A model generated the notes under the pieces. That model ran no database searches, had not been told where the DNA came from, and saw only the letters and a program-made list of their open reading frames with translations. Positions 37,028 to 46,606 of a stretch of DNA of 64,000 bases are shown piece after piece. The translations under genes and the position numbers were made by a program. Every line of letters starts with the position of its first letter. The first letter of the stretch is position 1. Source of the DNA: a virus (Duplodnaviria > Caudoviricetes); IMG/VR virus record IMGVR_UViG_3300013121_000038, positions 1 through 64,000 of that record; one strand, written 5' to 3'.

Positions 37028-38030
37028 GCTGAGCAAGCACGCCGCTGCCTCGGCTCGCCTCAGGGCCCAGGCCCAGGGGATGGAGAAGGACGCGGCACTC
37101 GGGAAGTTCATCGGCGCGACGGTCGGGACTGGCCTCAAGGCCGCCGGCCGTTTCGCCGCTGATTCTCTTGCTCACCCCATCGCGAAGGGACTTCCGCGAG
37201 TCGGCGCCGCGCTAGGGCTCGCGGGCGTCGTGAACAAGGGCCGGGCGCTCTACCACGGCTTCAACGAGAACGCTCAGCGAGCCATGCTCGGTCTCGGTGC
37301 GCCCAAGACGACTCTTGCCTCGGTGAACGACATGAACCTGCCAGAGCTGATGAAGACGGCTTCTGCCGCCGATCCGGAGTCGATGAAGAAGATCGCGGCC
37401 TGCATCGACCTTCTGGAGCACTACGAGCCGGAGGCCGTGTCAGAGCTGACCGCCGACTTCCGTGCCTACGCCGAGCACGTCAACGGGAAGATGAAGACGG
37501 CGGCATCCGCCACCGACTCGTGGGCGCAGAAGGCGTGGGGTGGCACCAAGGAGATCGGAGTCGGCGCCGCCAAGACCCTGGCCGGATCTCTCCTCGTCGG
37601 CATGGGTCTCGCCGCATCGACCGATCTCCTTCGGATGGCGAAGACCAAGCTGACCGAGAGCCGGAACTTCAAGCGGATGATGGACGCCAACAGCAACCTG
37701 CGCAGCAAGTCGCCGGCGGAGCTGCGGCAGGCGTTCAAGTCCTTGCAGAAGTTCGCGCCGGATGTCGCCTCCGATCCGCTCGCAGCCGGGTCGATGGTGT
37801 GGCACCTCACGAGCTCTCTCGAAGGCGACCACTACAAGCCGCTGCGTGAGGCCGTGACGCTCCAGAAGGAGATGGCGCGTCGCTCCTTCCTGCCGGAGCC
37901 GAAGATCGACTTCGGTCTCAGCGACAAGAACAACCGGCCGCCTCGTCATCAGCAGCAGGCTCCTGGCACAGCCAGCGGCGCCGCCCCGTACAACCTGCCG
38001 AACTCCTCTACGTCGAAGACGCATCCGTGA
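37014..38030 (+). CDS. Putative internal head protein with hydrophobic segments
   Basis: 338 aa; MEKDAA, MKTASA and MKTAASA precede Gly/Ala-rich segments. Confidence 0.7.
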   Translation: MLVRELSKHAAASARLRAQAQGMEKDAALGKFIGATVGTGLKAAGRFAADSLAHPIAKGLPRVGAALGLAGVVNKGRALYHGFNENAQRAMLGLGAPKTTLASVNDMNLPELMKTASAADPESMKKIAACIDLLEHYEPEAVSELTADFRAYAEHVNGKMKTAASATDSWAQKAWGGTKEIGVGAAKTLAGSLLVGMGLAASTDLLRMAKTKLTESRNFKRMMDANSNLRSKSPAELRQAFKSLQKFAPDVASDPLAAGSMVWHLTSSLEGDHYKPLREAVTLQKEMARRSFLPEPKIDFGLSDKNNRPPRHQQQAPGTASGAAPYNLPNSSTSKTHP

Positions 38031-39721
38031 TCGAGAAGGAAGTCATCTTCTTCGGCCATACCGAGGCCGGCATCTTCGCGCAGGCGCTTTTCCCCACGCG
38101 GATGGAGAAGTACGCCGGCGCGGTGCTCGACTCATGGGACACGGCGCCCAGCATCAGGAAGTTCATCCAGACGCTGACGCCGAATGACCGGGAGCAGAAC
38201 GCCTACGTCTTGGTGAACGCTCTCGGCGCCGGCGAGTTCTTCGGCCCCAACATCAACGCCGACTACTTCCCGTGGGACTCGCTCGCTCATGAGGGCGACG
38301 ACTACGGCTACAAGACCTTCTACAACGCTCACGCCTTCCAGCACCACGCGAACAAGGACACCGCACGCGCGTTCGGGGTTCCTGTCGTTTCCGTCCTGAA
38401 TCCGCGCATGAAGCGCGTCGAGCTCATCATCAAGCTCGACCGCGCGGCGGCGCGCGCCCAGGGCGCCGACGGCATCATCACCCGCATCGACAACGGCGAG
38501 TTCCCAGACGTCTCGATGGGATGCAAGGTCCCGTACGACGTCTGCTCGATCTGCGCCCACCGCTCGAAGACGCGGAACGACTACTGCCAGCACATGCGGC
38601 CGCCGGAAGAGCTCCGGCACATCTACGGCCCGAACAAGATCCTGCCGGATGGTCGCAAGATCTACGTCATCAACACCATCCCCCGCTTCTTCGACATCTC
38701 CTTCGTCTTCATCGGCGCCGACAAGACGGCCAAGGTGATGGCGAAGCTGGCCTCCAATGGTGCGCATGTCTGCCTGGGTGAAGTGTGTGCGATACCTGCC
38801 GGAGCAGGAGCGACTGGGCCTCAACTGTATGGACCCAGCGGCAACCCTCTCGATGTTCGAGACCTTCACAAGGTCGCCTCCGCCTGCGACGACCGGACCG
38901 GGCCATGTGGCCGCCGATGCGCTGACTGCTCCGAGCGAGACGCCTGCGAAGAGGAGAAGCTCGCTTCCGCCTTCCATGTGAAGTCGGCCGGCAAGAAGAT
39001 TGCCGAGATCGTGAAGGACGTCCCAGCCGGTGTCTTCTCGATGAAGCGCCTGCCGGAGATGGAGAAGCGGGAGCCTGACATCTCCCGGGAGGACCTCGAC
39101 CGGATGTCTGAGCGTCCTCTTGCGTCATCCCTCGGCGCCGCCGCGCGGATGGGGATCGTCCTCAAGCCCCACGAATTCCAGAGGGTTGTGCTCAAGCGGA
39201 TGGGAGAAGATGCGCTGATCTCCCACCTCGACAAGCACCACCACGTCTTCCGCGAGGTGCCGGACGCCGGCGAGAGCCTCTCCTGCGACGTCCGCGACCC
39301 GCTCGACGAAGTCTTCGACCTCTTGAAGAAGTACATCCGGTCACGTACCGCTCTTGGACCGTCTTTCCAGATGCGGGTGATGGTGGTCGGGAAGTCGAAA
39401 AATGTCCTTCCCACTAGAACCCCAATCGGCAACTCTCTTCTCGACAAGGTGAGCGCCGCGTACAACAGCTACCGGCGTGGAGTTCTGGAGAAGGTCTCGC
39501 AGGTGATCGAAGAAGTGAAGAGCGACCCAAGGTTGGCGGAAGCGGTTCTCGGAGACGGACTCAGCATGATGTTCAAGACGGCCAGCTCCGAGATCCTCTT
39601 TCCCGACTCGGTGAAGTACATGTTGGGCGCTCATCTGCAAGATCGTGGTCTGCTGTGCAAGTCGGCCGCTGGCGCGGTCGTTCTCGATGACTCGGTCTTT
39701 TCGGAGACCAACTCGGCCTAG
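38027..39721 (+). CDS. Prohead maturation protease (HK97/assemblin-like) with Cys-rich inserts
   Basis: FQHH, DVSMGC..PYDVCSIC...CQH, FFDISFVFIGAD; lies upstream of scaffold and capsid genes. Confidence 0.75.
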   Translation: MIEKEVIFFGHTEAGIFAQALFPTRMEKYAGAVLDSWDTAPSIRKFIQTLTPNDREQNAYVLVNALGAGEFFGPNINADYFPWDSLAHEGDDYGYKTFYNAHAFQHHANKDTARAFGVPVVSVLNPRMKRVELIIKLDRAAARAQGADGIITRIDNGEFPDVSMGCKVPYDVCSICAHRSKTRNDYCQHMRPPEELRHIYGPNKILPDGRKIYVINTIPRFFDISFVFIGADKTAKVMAKLASNGAHVCLGEVCAIPAGAGATGPQLYGPSGNPLDVRDLHKVASACDDRTGPCGRRCADCSERDACEEEKLASAFHVKSAGKKIAEIVKDVPAGVFSMKRLPEMEKREPDISREDLDRMSERPLASSLGAAARMGIVLKPHEFQRVVLKRMGEDALISHLDKHHHVFREVPDAGESLSCDVRDPLDEVFDLLKKYIRSRTALGPSFQMRVMVVGKSKNVLPTRTPIGNSLLDKVSAAYNSYRRGVLEKVSQVIEEVKSDPRLAEAVLGDGLSMMFKTASSEILFPDSVKYMLGAHLQDRGLLCKSAAGAVVLDDSVFSETNSA

Positions 39722-39781
39722 AGGCATCCGCCTCAGAGACGGCCACACCAACCCCTGAAGTACCGAACCAGGAGAAACGAC

Positions 39782-40579
39782 ATGCCGATGGATCCACAGC
39801 TCGCTGCCATCTACGGGACCAACCAGGACGAGAGCGACGTCGAGAAGCTCGCCGCCGCCGAGCTCGCCGAGGAGCTCGCAGACGAGGGCGAGGAGGTCGA
39901 GGAGTCCGACCTCTCCGACGAGGAGGCCGAGGAGCTCGCCCAGCAGCTTCTCGCCGCCGAGGGCGAGGAGGGCGCGGAGCAGGGTGACGAGGAGGACGAG
40001 GAGGGCGCCGCCGTCGAGGAGCCGGGCGAGGAGGAGCAGGAGAAGCTCTCCGAGGCCGACTACCTGGGCCGCGTCATGGCCCACGCCTACACCCAGGAGC
40101 TCCGCAAGATCGCCGCCGTCGGCGACTCCAGCGCCTACGAGGGCAAGGACACCGCGTCCCGCGCCCAGAAGGTCGGCGGCTGGGCTCGTCGTCAGGGCCA
40201 CCGTGCTGCCGGCGCCGCCAAGGCCTTCGGCAAGCACTTCAAGGGCGGCGACAAGTGGTCCCTGAAGGGCCAGCACGCCGGCAAGACCTGGGGTGCTCGC
40301 GCCGCCGTCGGTGCGGCTGCCGGTGCTGCCGGCTACGGCGCCTACCGGAAGTTCAAGGGCAAGGGCAAGAAGAAGCAGTCCGCCGCCGAGCCGTCGGCCC
40401 TCGACATCCTCGCCGAGCGCCGCGCGCTGGAGATCCTGGCCGAGAACGGCATCGACCCGACCCAGGAGCAGGAGAAGACCAGCGCCTCCGAGCCCGAGAT
40501 GGAGGCCCTCGGCAACGCCGTCGAGCAGCGGGCGTACGCGCTGCTCCAGGCCAACGGCTACATCCAGGAGCAGGAGTAG
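39782..40579 (+). CDS. Acidic scaffold-like protein carrying a basic Gly/Ala cassette
   Basis: E-rich ends; YTQELRKIAA ... KKQSAA flank a cationic segment. Confidence 0.7.
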   Translation: MPMDPQLAAIYGTNQDESDVEKLAAAELAEELADEGEEVEESDLSDEEAEELAQQLLAAEGEEGAEQGDEEDEEGAAVEEPGEEEQEKLSEADYLGRVMAHAYTQELRKIAAVGDSSAYEGKDTASRAQKVGGWARRQGHRAAGAAKAFGKHFKGGDKWSLKGQHAGKTWGARAAVGAAAGAAGYGAYRKFKGKGKKKQSAAEPSALDILAERRALEILAENGIDPTQEQEKTSASEPEMEALGNAVEQRAYALLQANGYIQEQE

Positions 40580-40585
40580 CACCTT

Positions 40586-40622
40586 CCTGGTGGGCGGCGG
40601 GTACGAGACGCCGCCCACCAGG
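40586..40622 (+). terminator. 14-bp stem-loop (terminator or mRNA stabiliser)
   Basis: CCTGGTGGGCGGCG...CGCCGCCCACCAGG; no U-tract. Confidence 0.5.
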
Positions 40623-40640
40623 CTGTAGTTCGGAGTGCGC

Positions 40641-41021
40641 ATGCCAGCTTGGATCCACGACAGGGCAGAGCACATCCAGAAGAAGAACCCGTCGATGCCG
40701 AAGAGCCAGGCCTTCGCCATCGCCACGCAGCAGTCGCACGCGACAGGACACACCCCGCAGGGCTACGGAACGGCAGAGGGCAAGAGGAAGGCGAAGAGGA
40801 AGTACGACAAGCCGGCGTCGAGCTACACGCAGACGGCGGACCCTAGCAGCAAGACCAAGTCGAGCGGCCTCAACTTGGTTTTCCTGAAAGGGTTCACAAG
40901 CGAGCTTGAGAAGATCTCAGGCGTGTCTGTGAAGAAGAGGTTGGAGCACCCAGCGGAGAAGCCGTCGGCGACTCCTGAGAACTTTCCACCGCCCCTCGCG
41001 TCAGCAGCAGGGGACAGATAG
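40641..41021 (+). CDS. Small basic protein with FTSELEKIS tag
   Basis: MPAWIHDRAEHIQKKNPSMPKSQAFAIATQQ; GGAG RBS. Confidence 0.7.
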   Translation: MPAWIHDRAEHIQKKNPSMPKSQAFAIATQQSHATGHTPQGYGTAEGKRKAKRKYDKPASSYTQTADPSSKTKSSGLNLVFLKGFTSELEKISGVSVKKRLEHPAEKPSATPENFPPPLASAAGDR

Positions 41022-41033
41022 GACGGAGATGCG

Positions 41034-42599
41034 ATGAAGACCAAGCTCGCCGGTCACCTGCCACTCCAGGACGCCATCGCGCGGACCATCGAGGAGGCGC
41101 GCGAGAAGATGAAGCTCGCCTCCGATGCCTGCGAGGGGGAGGACAAGGAGAAGGTGAAGAAGCTGGTGAAGTTCGAGAAGAAGGAGCACGGCCACATCCC
41201 CTCCGAGAAGGAGGAGCGGGCCGAGTACGAGAAGAAGAGCTCCATCATCGACACCGACGACCCGGAGGAGGTGGAGAAGCTGGCCGCCTCGCTCGACTTC
41301 CTCGCCGAGAAGATCGCCGGCGACTCCGTCACCATCGGCGGCGAGTCGCGTCAGGGCGGCCAGGTCCTCGCGACCATGAACGCCGTCGGCGGCACCCAGC
41401 CCTACAAGAAGGACTCGTCCAAGAGCCACAACGTGCCGACGTCGACCGGCATGAAGTCGACGAAGGACAACCCAGGCGCGTCCACCGCCGTCCCCACGGA
41501 CGACGAGCGGGCCCCTGGCGGCACCGGGGCCAAGTACCCCGCCAAGGGCGTCCTCAAGACCGGCGGCGTGAAGAAGACGGCCATGGACTACCACCAGGCC
41601 CGCGCGGTCGGCCAGGCCGTCGGCCTCGGCACCCATCTCGTGGGCGGCGCCATCGGCTACCAGAAGGGCAAGGAGCAGCACGCCCGAGGCGAGAAGCACA
41701 CCTTCGGGGTGCCGCAGGGCGCGGCCGCCCTCTTCCTCCCAGGCGGCGCCGGCTACCAGCTCGGCCGCTACATGGGCCACAACGCGGCCGGCGGCGAGAA
41801 GAAGAAGGGGAAGAAGAAGCACAGCTCCGTCGAGCGGCTCCAGCTCGCGCTGGCAGCCCAGACCGGCATCGTCACCCCGGAGATGGCTGCCGACATGGAG
41901 AAGGACGCCGGCAAGGTCACCGACGCCCTGAAGTCCATGGGCGGCAAGGCGCGCGCCGCCGGCGGCCGCGTCATGGAGCTCCTCAAGGGCGGGAAGTTCG
42001 GCGCTGGCAACCGCGCCAGCAACTACCGGCCTGGTGCGAGAGGCACCATCCCTTCGAGCGAGGCGTGGAAGTCGCTCGGGACTCGTGCTGCGGCCGGAAC
42101 GGCTGCCGTCGTCGGCGGGAAGAAGGCCTACGACAAGCTGAAGAAGAAGGGCAAGAAGAAGGCCGCCGGCGTCGAGGCCGTCGACTACATCCTCTCCAAG
42201 ATCAGCGCCGTCGAGAACGGTGGCGAGAGCCCGCAGGGTGGTGAGCAGCTCAGCAACACCGCCCCGGTGCCCTCCAACGCCGGCCGTGAGCTCATCCGGA
42301 ACAAGGACGGCATCAAGAACGTGACCAAGGCCCAGGCCAAGTCCCCTCGCAAGAAGGAGCTGGCCGAGGTCCTGACCGAGCCTGCCATGAGCGCGGCTCA
42401 CGACTCCAAGGTCAACGAGAACCTGCGGAACGCCGCGAAGGGCGGCGTGAAGATCGCAGCGGCACGGGTGTTCCTCCAGAAGATCGCTTCGGAGGGCTGC
42501 CAGTGCTCTGGCGCCGGCAAGTGCCGGTTCTGCCAGATGCAGGAGAAGGCTGCCGCACTTCGCGGCAACGGAGCCGAGGCCGTCGCCTCGGAGGCATGA
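41034..42599 (+). CDS. Modular head/scaffold polyprotein
   Basis: 521 aa; more than 10 K-x-[AS] motifs, internal GGES.QGG repeat, C-terminal CQC...CRFC. Confidence 0.75.
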   Translation: MKTKLAGHLPLQDAIARTIEEAREKMKLASDACEGEDKEKVKKLVKFEKKEHGHIPSEKEERAEYEKKSSIIDTDDPEEVEKLAASLDFLAEKIAGDSVTIGGESRQGGQVLATMNAVGGTQPYKKDSSKSHNVPTSTGMKSTKDNPGASTAVPTDDERAPGGTGAKYPAKGVLKTGGVKKTAMDYHQARAVGQAVGLGTHLVGGAIGYQKGKEQHARGEKHTFGVPQGAAALFLPGGAGYQLGRYMGHNAAGGEKKKGKKKHSSVERLQLALAAQTGIVTPEMAADMEKDAGKVTDALKSMGGKARAAGGRVMELLKGGKFGAGNRASNYRPGARGTIPSSEAWKSLGTRAAAGTAAVVGGKKAYDKLKKKGKKKAAGVEAVDYILSKISAVENGGESPQGGEQLSNTAPVPSNAGRELIRNKDGIKNVTKAQAKSPRKKELAEVLTEPAMSAAHDSKVNENLRNAAKGGVKIAAARVFLQKIASEGCQCSGAGKCRFCQMQEKAAALRGNGAEAVASEA

Positions 42600-42609
42600 G
42601 GAGCTGACG

Positions 42610-43005
42610 ATGCCCGACAAGATCAGCAACGTCCAGGTCGCCCAGCTCCAGAAGCTGGCGAGCACCACCCTCCGGAAGCTGGCGGGGGAGAACAAGACGC
42701 TCCGCGACGAGAACGGTGACCTGAAGACCAAGGTCGCCGCCTTCGAGAAGAGGGCTCGCGCGGAGAAGATCGCGTCCGAGATGGAGTCCAAGGGGCTCAA
42801 CCTCGGATCCACCTTCGAGCAGAAGGTGGCAGAGCTGCTGGAGAACGACCGACTCGACGTCGTCGAGGAGGCCGTCGGTCTGGCGGCGCCGCAGATCAAG
42901 CTCGCCTCCGTCCACGAGGACGGCGTCGAGGTGGAGAGCACGGGAGACGACGCCGCCGACAGGGCGACGCAGGTCTTCGCAGCAGGGCTCGCCTCCCTCG
43001 GCTGA
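42610..43005 (+). CDS. Coiled-coil scaffold-like protein
   Basis: 131 aa; QKLAS, EKIAS, IKLAS. Confidence 0.7.
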   Translation: MPDKISNVQVAQLQKLASTTLRKLAGENKTLRDENGDLKTKVAAFEKRARAEKIASEMESKGLNLGSTFEQKVAELLENDRLDVVEEAVGLAAPQIKLASVHEDGVEVESTGDDAADRATQVFAAGLASLG

Positions 43006-43058
43006 GGAACTTCAACCCCACGCTGTAGATCGACACACCCTTCAAGGAGAACACCAAG

Positions 43059-43541
43059 ATGTCCGCACCCAACTTCGAGCTGATCACGGAGCTCCAGGTC
43101 ACCCTCCGCAGGGACTTCCCGCTGGCGGTGCCTGGCATCCTCAACCCCATGGACGCTCAGCCCCTCGTCGAGGGCGAGTGGCTGGAGCTGGACGCCAACT
43201 ACCTGCTGAAGCGCGGCAGCGTCGCTGGCGGCGGCGTGAACGGGGCAGTCTTCCCGGTCCACACCGAGCGCGGTCGGTACGACACGCAGGCGGTCCAGAA
43301 GGCCAACGTCATCTTCGCCGGCCAGTACGAGGCCGAGACGAAGATCTTCGACACCGGCGGGACGTACAACCCCGGCACCGAGCTGATGGTCGACGACGTG
43401 ACCATCGGCGGCATCGTCCGGCGCGGCCTCAAGCCGGCCACGGCGGGCCACATCGTCGTCGGCCACGTCTCCAAGCTCACCGGCTCCGGCGCGTCGGCGA
43501 AGCTCCGCTTCATCCACGGCGCCAACTACATGAAGGCCTAA
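43059..43541 (+). CDS. Probable capsid decoration/cement protein
   Basis: 160 aa, beta-rich, immediately upstream of the MCP. Confidence 0.6.
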   Translation: MSAPNFELITELQVTLRRDFPLAVPGILNPMDAQPLVEGEWLELDANYLLKRGSVAGGGVNGAVFPVHTERGRYDTQAVQKANVIFAGQYEAETKIFDTGGTYNPGTELMVDDVTIGGIVRRGLKPATAGHIVVGHVSKLTGSGASAKLRFIHGANYMKA

Positions 43542-43575
43542 GGCCTAGGCCGACACGAAAGGAACGGAGAAAACC

Positions 43576-44715
43576 ATGAGCGTGCCAGCCAAGGTCCTGA
43601 ACGACCTGTTCTTCGAGAAGGTCGCCACCCAGGAGGGCAAGGACAAGATCGCCGAGTTCGGCGGGACGTACATCCGCGACCGACTCCGCGAGGTCTCCTT
43701 CGCCCGCAAGGTCCTCCCCCCGCAGCCCGTCCAGCGGTCCGAGTGCCAGCGGTCCGTCAACCACGACACCCTGGTCAAGATCGTCGACATCGAGCCCAAC
43801 TCGAAGGCGATGGCCATGGGCTTCCGTGGCCAGCCCACGGCGCGCTTCATCCGCGCGCCGCGCTACGAGATCCCCTTCTTCACGATCTCGTCCGAGAAGT
43901 TCGAGAAGACGGAGCAGGAGCTCCTCGCCTACGAGATGCCCATCACCAAGATCATCGAGGAGAACTCGGTGAAGGACATCCAGAGCATCGAGGACCGCCA
44001 GTTCCTGCTCTTCATCGAGGCCGCCGTCCAGGGCTTCCAGACCGACGCGAACGGAGGGGCCACGGCGTTCAACCACACGAACGTCAACGCCGGCTCCGTG
44101 AAGTCGGCCTCCGTGGTGAAGGGTGAGGGCGCCCTCACCGCCACGACCGAGGACTTCACCGTCTACCCCGTCCTCAAGACGGACTTCATCAAGATGAAGA
44201 AGCTCCTGCACCGCCGGCACCTCCGCGCGGAGCGGATGCTTCTCACCGAGCCGGACTACGACGACATCTCGTCGTGGACCATCCAGGACGTCGGCATGAC
44301 GATCGCCGGCGAGACCTCCACCGAGGGCTGGAAGAGCGACACGGTGGTGGGCCTGAAGATCATCCGCACCATCAAGACCGAGATCCTCCGCGAGGGCAAC
44401 ATCTACTGCTTCACCGCGCCGGAGTTCTGCGGCCGCTTCTACGTCCTCAACCAGACCAAGTTCTACATCGACAAGATCGCGAACCTGATCACCTGGCAGT
44501 CGTGGGAGGACATCGCGATCGGCATCGGCAACATCTCGTCGATCGTGAAGATGGAGCTCTACCCCGGCTCCGTCACGCCTGGTGAGGAGACCGCCATCGG
44601 CGGCGGCATCGACTACCGCGCGGCCCTGCCCGTGGACGAGCTCGACCCGCTCCTCGCCCCGACCAACAACAAGGTCGACCAGGGCCTGAAGTACCCGAAC
44701 GTCTCCCAGTTCTAG
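43576..44715 (+). CDS. Major capsid protein (HK97 fold)
   Basis: 379 aa, extreme codon bias, IRDRLREVSFARKVLPP, KDIQSIEDRQFL; position in head operon; followed by a strong hairpin. Confidence 0.8.
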   Translation: MSVPAKVLNDLFFEKVATQEGKDKIAEFGGTYIRDRLREVSFARKVLPPQPVQRSECQRSVNHDTLVKIVDIEPNSKAMAMGFRGQPTARFIRAPRYEIPFFTISSEKFEKTEQELLAYEMPITKIIEENSVKDIQSIEDRQFLLFIEAAVQGFQTDANGGATAFNHTNVNAGSVKSASVVKGEGALTATTEDFTVYPVLKTDFIKMKKLLHRRHLRAERMLLTEPDYDDISSWTIQDVGMTIAGETSTEGWKSDTVVGLKIIRTIKTEILREGNIYCFTAPEFCGRFYVLNQTKFYIDKIANLITWQSWEDIAIGIGNISSIVKMELYPGSVTPGEETAIGGGIDYRAALPVDELDPLLAPTNNKVDQGLKYPNVSQF

Positions 44716-44735
44716 CCATCCGGCCGGGGACAACG

Positions 44736-44779
44736 TGAGGGGAGGAGGAGCCACAACTCCTCCTCCCCTCATCGCTTTC
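44736..44779 (+). terminator. Terminator after the MCP gene
   Basis: Perfect 15-bp stem TGAGGGGAGGAGGAG/CTCCTCCTCCCCTCA, then TCGCTTT. Confidence 0.7.
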
Positions 44780-44798
44780 CAGGGGGTAGGATGCCGCC

Positions 44799-45095
44799 AT
44801 GAAGGTCTTCAACCTGACCAACCACCCGCTCGACTTCCACGGCCGGGTCATCGCGCCGAACGGCGGCAGCCTGGACTACCCAGAGCTCGACGCCTTCCTG
44901 CCGTCGCGTGACAAGAAGCTGGAGGAGCTCCGCTACATCGCCTTCGGCTTCCTCCCGACCTGGTGGAAGAAGCAGCAGGAGAAGAAGCCACAGGTGCCGC
45001 ACAAGCGCGTGACCCTCAAGCTCTCGGACGACGTGAAGGTCTTCGACAGCGTCTCGACCAGGACTTCCAGGCACGGGAAGAAGTACCAGGGGTGA
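44799..45095 (+). CDS. Hypothetical protein
   Basis: 98 aa, in operon. Confidence 0.65.
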   Translation: MKVFNLTNHPLDFHGRVIAPNGGSLDYPELDAFLPSRDKKLEELRYIAFGFLPTWWKKQQEKKPQVPHKRVTLKLSDDVKVFDSVSTRTSRHGKKYQG

Positions 45096-45098
45096 GGC

Positions 45099-45317
45099 AT
45101 GGCGACCGAATCAGCCATCATCCGGATGAGGAAGATCCTGGAGAGCAAGGGCATCTCTCAAGACCTGCTGAAGGACACCCTGATGGTGTACGGCCGTGAC
45201 TGGCTGCGGGAAGTAGAGGGTGACGTGGTCGGGGAGGAGGCCCTGGCGGCGCGCCGCACCAAGGCGTTCCGGATGGTCGCTGACTCCTGCCCTGACCTCT
45301 TCCCGCTCAAGGACTGA
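45099..45317 (+). CDS. Hypothetical protein
   Basis: 72 aa, TGATG overlap with the next gene. Confidence 0.6.
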   Translation: MATESAIIRMRKILESKGISQDLLKDTLMVYGRDWLREVEGDVVGEEALAARRTKAFRMVADSCPDLFPLKD

Positions 45318-45865
45318 TGATGGCCGACGACCTCGGATACGGCGCAGCAGGCACCAACCTCCCGGCTCCGTCCATGGAGTCGGCTGAGGGCGTGGTGCTG
45401 CCGGCGGCGCCGACGGAGCTCAACGACTTCGTCAACCAGGTCCGGCTCTTCATGCGGGACTACTCGGAGCTGAACCGCCTCATCGCCGGGGAAGAATCCT
45501 CGAACCGCCAGATCATGTGGGCCGTCTTGGACGCCCTCGACGATTTCAACACAGACCCGCCCTTCACCCGCTTCAACCTGAACAGCTTCCCGTCTCGCAG
45601 CCTGCTGCTACGGCTCACCGTCATCTCGCTGCTGGAGTCGATCGGCCTCCTCCAGACGCGCAACCATCTCCAGTTCTCGGACGGAGGCATCCAGGTCGGC
45701 ATCAACGACAAGACGCCATTCCTCCAGTCCTGGATCCAGCTCTTCCGTTCTCGCTCCGACCAGAAGAGCCAGCGGCTCAAGGTCGCCTACAACATCGAGG
45801 CAGCCTGGGGCGGCGGCATCCACAGCGAGTACCGCTTCGTGAACAACTTCTACGGAGAATGGTGA
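45317..45865 (+). CDS. Probable head-tail adaptor
   Basis: 182 aa helical protein after the MCP; positional inference. Confidence 0.55.
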   Translation: MMADDLGYGAAGTNLPAPSMESAEGVVLPAAPTELNDFVNQVRLFMRDYSELNRLIAGEESSNRQIMWAVLDALDDFNTDPPFTRFNLNSFPSRSLLLRLTVISLLESIGLLQTRNHLQFSDGGIQVGINDKTPFLQSWIQLFRSRSDQKSQRLKVAYNIEAAWGGGIHSEYRFVNNFYGEW

Positions 45866-46443
45866 TGCGGCCCAACATCGACTCCTTCTTCGACGAGCTG
45901 CTGAACGTCTCGGAAGAGCTCACCAAGCAGTCGAATGCCCCTGTCCCTACCCCGAAGAAGGTTGGGCTTTCTGGCAAGGGCGCTCTCATCGGTGGCGCTC
46001 TCGGCGCCGGCCTGGGCGGAATCCGCGCCATCGGCCGAGAGACGCACGAGCGTGCGGCTGATGACCGTGCCGGCCTGACCGACGAGCAGAAGAAGGTCCT
46101 GAGGAAGAAGCGTCTCGCCGGTCACGCAGCCAACATCCTGGCCTGGAGCGGCGCAGGCTCTGGCATCGGTAGCCTGGAGCGCAAGGCGCGCGGTGTCGTC
46201 GGCGAGGCCGGAGAGAAGGTGTGGGATTCCATCGACTACGCCCGCGCGCACGCAGACGAGGTCGTCGCGGATGCTCGCAAGCACGCGGACCAGGTCGTCG
46301 CCGACGCCCATGCCCGCGCCAACCAGACTGTTCACGACGCGCCGAAGAACTTCGTCAAGGGCATCGGTCACGCTGCGGCAAACGCCGGAAAGCGAGTCGG
46401 TCGCGGCATCAAGTCCATCTTCACCAGGAAGCCGAAGGTGTAA
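45865..46443 (+). CDS. Tagged (FFDELLNVS) Gly-zipper protein
   Basis: Start MRPNIDSFFDEL at 45865; GALIGGALGAGLGG; tandem HAD[EQ]VVADA repeat. Confidence 0.7.
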   Translation: MRPNIDSFFDELLNVSEELTKQSNAPVPTPKKVGLSGKGALIGGALGAGLGGIRAIGRETHERAADDRAGLTDEQKKVLRKKRLAGHAANILAWSGAGSGIGSLERKARGVVGEAGEKVWDSIDYARAHADEVVADARKHADQVVADAHARANQTVHDAPKNFVKGIGHAAANAGKRVGRGIKSIFTRKPKV

Positions 46444-46452
46444 GGAGCCAGC

Positions 46453-46593
46453 ATGGCCATCGCAGCGTTCAAGGTCGCCGAGTTCAGCACCGCCCTGGAT
46501 CTCCAGAAGTTCGTGGCGACTGGGGCGCCCGTCGTTGTCGTCTCCATCGTCTTCAACGGCGCCAGCGGCAAGTACGTCCTGTTCTACACCTAG
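46453..46593 (+). CDS. 46-aa protein
   Basis: Hand-translated MAIAAFKVAEFSTALDLQKFVATGAPVVVVSIVFNGASGKYVLFYT; TAAGGAG RBS. Confidence 0.65.
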   Translation: MAIAAFKVAEFSTALDLQKFVATGAPVVVVSIVFNGASGKYVLFYT

Positions 46594-46606
46594 CCAGGGA
46601 GCGGCC

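Noticed and set aside
43059-44715. Encapsulin or contractile injection system rather than a phage
   Set aside because: Terminase, probable portal, prohead protease and replication genes indicate a DNA-packaging phage.
44787-44792. TAGGAT as a late -10 element (also TAGAAC at 56366)
   Set aside because: No matching -35 at proper spacing. A leaderless promoter is possible but too weak to call.
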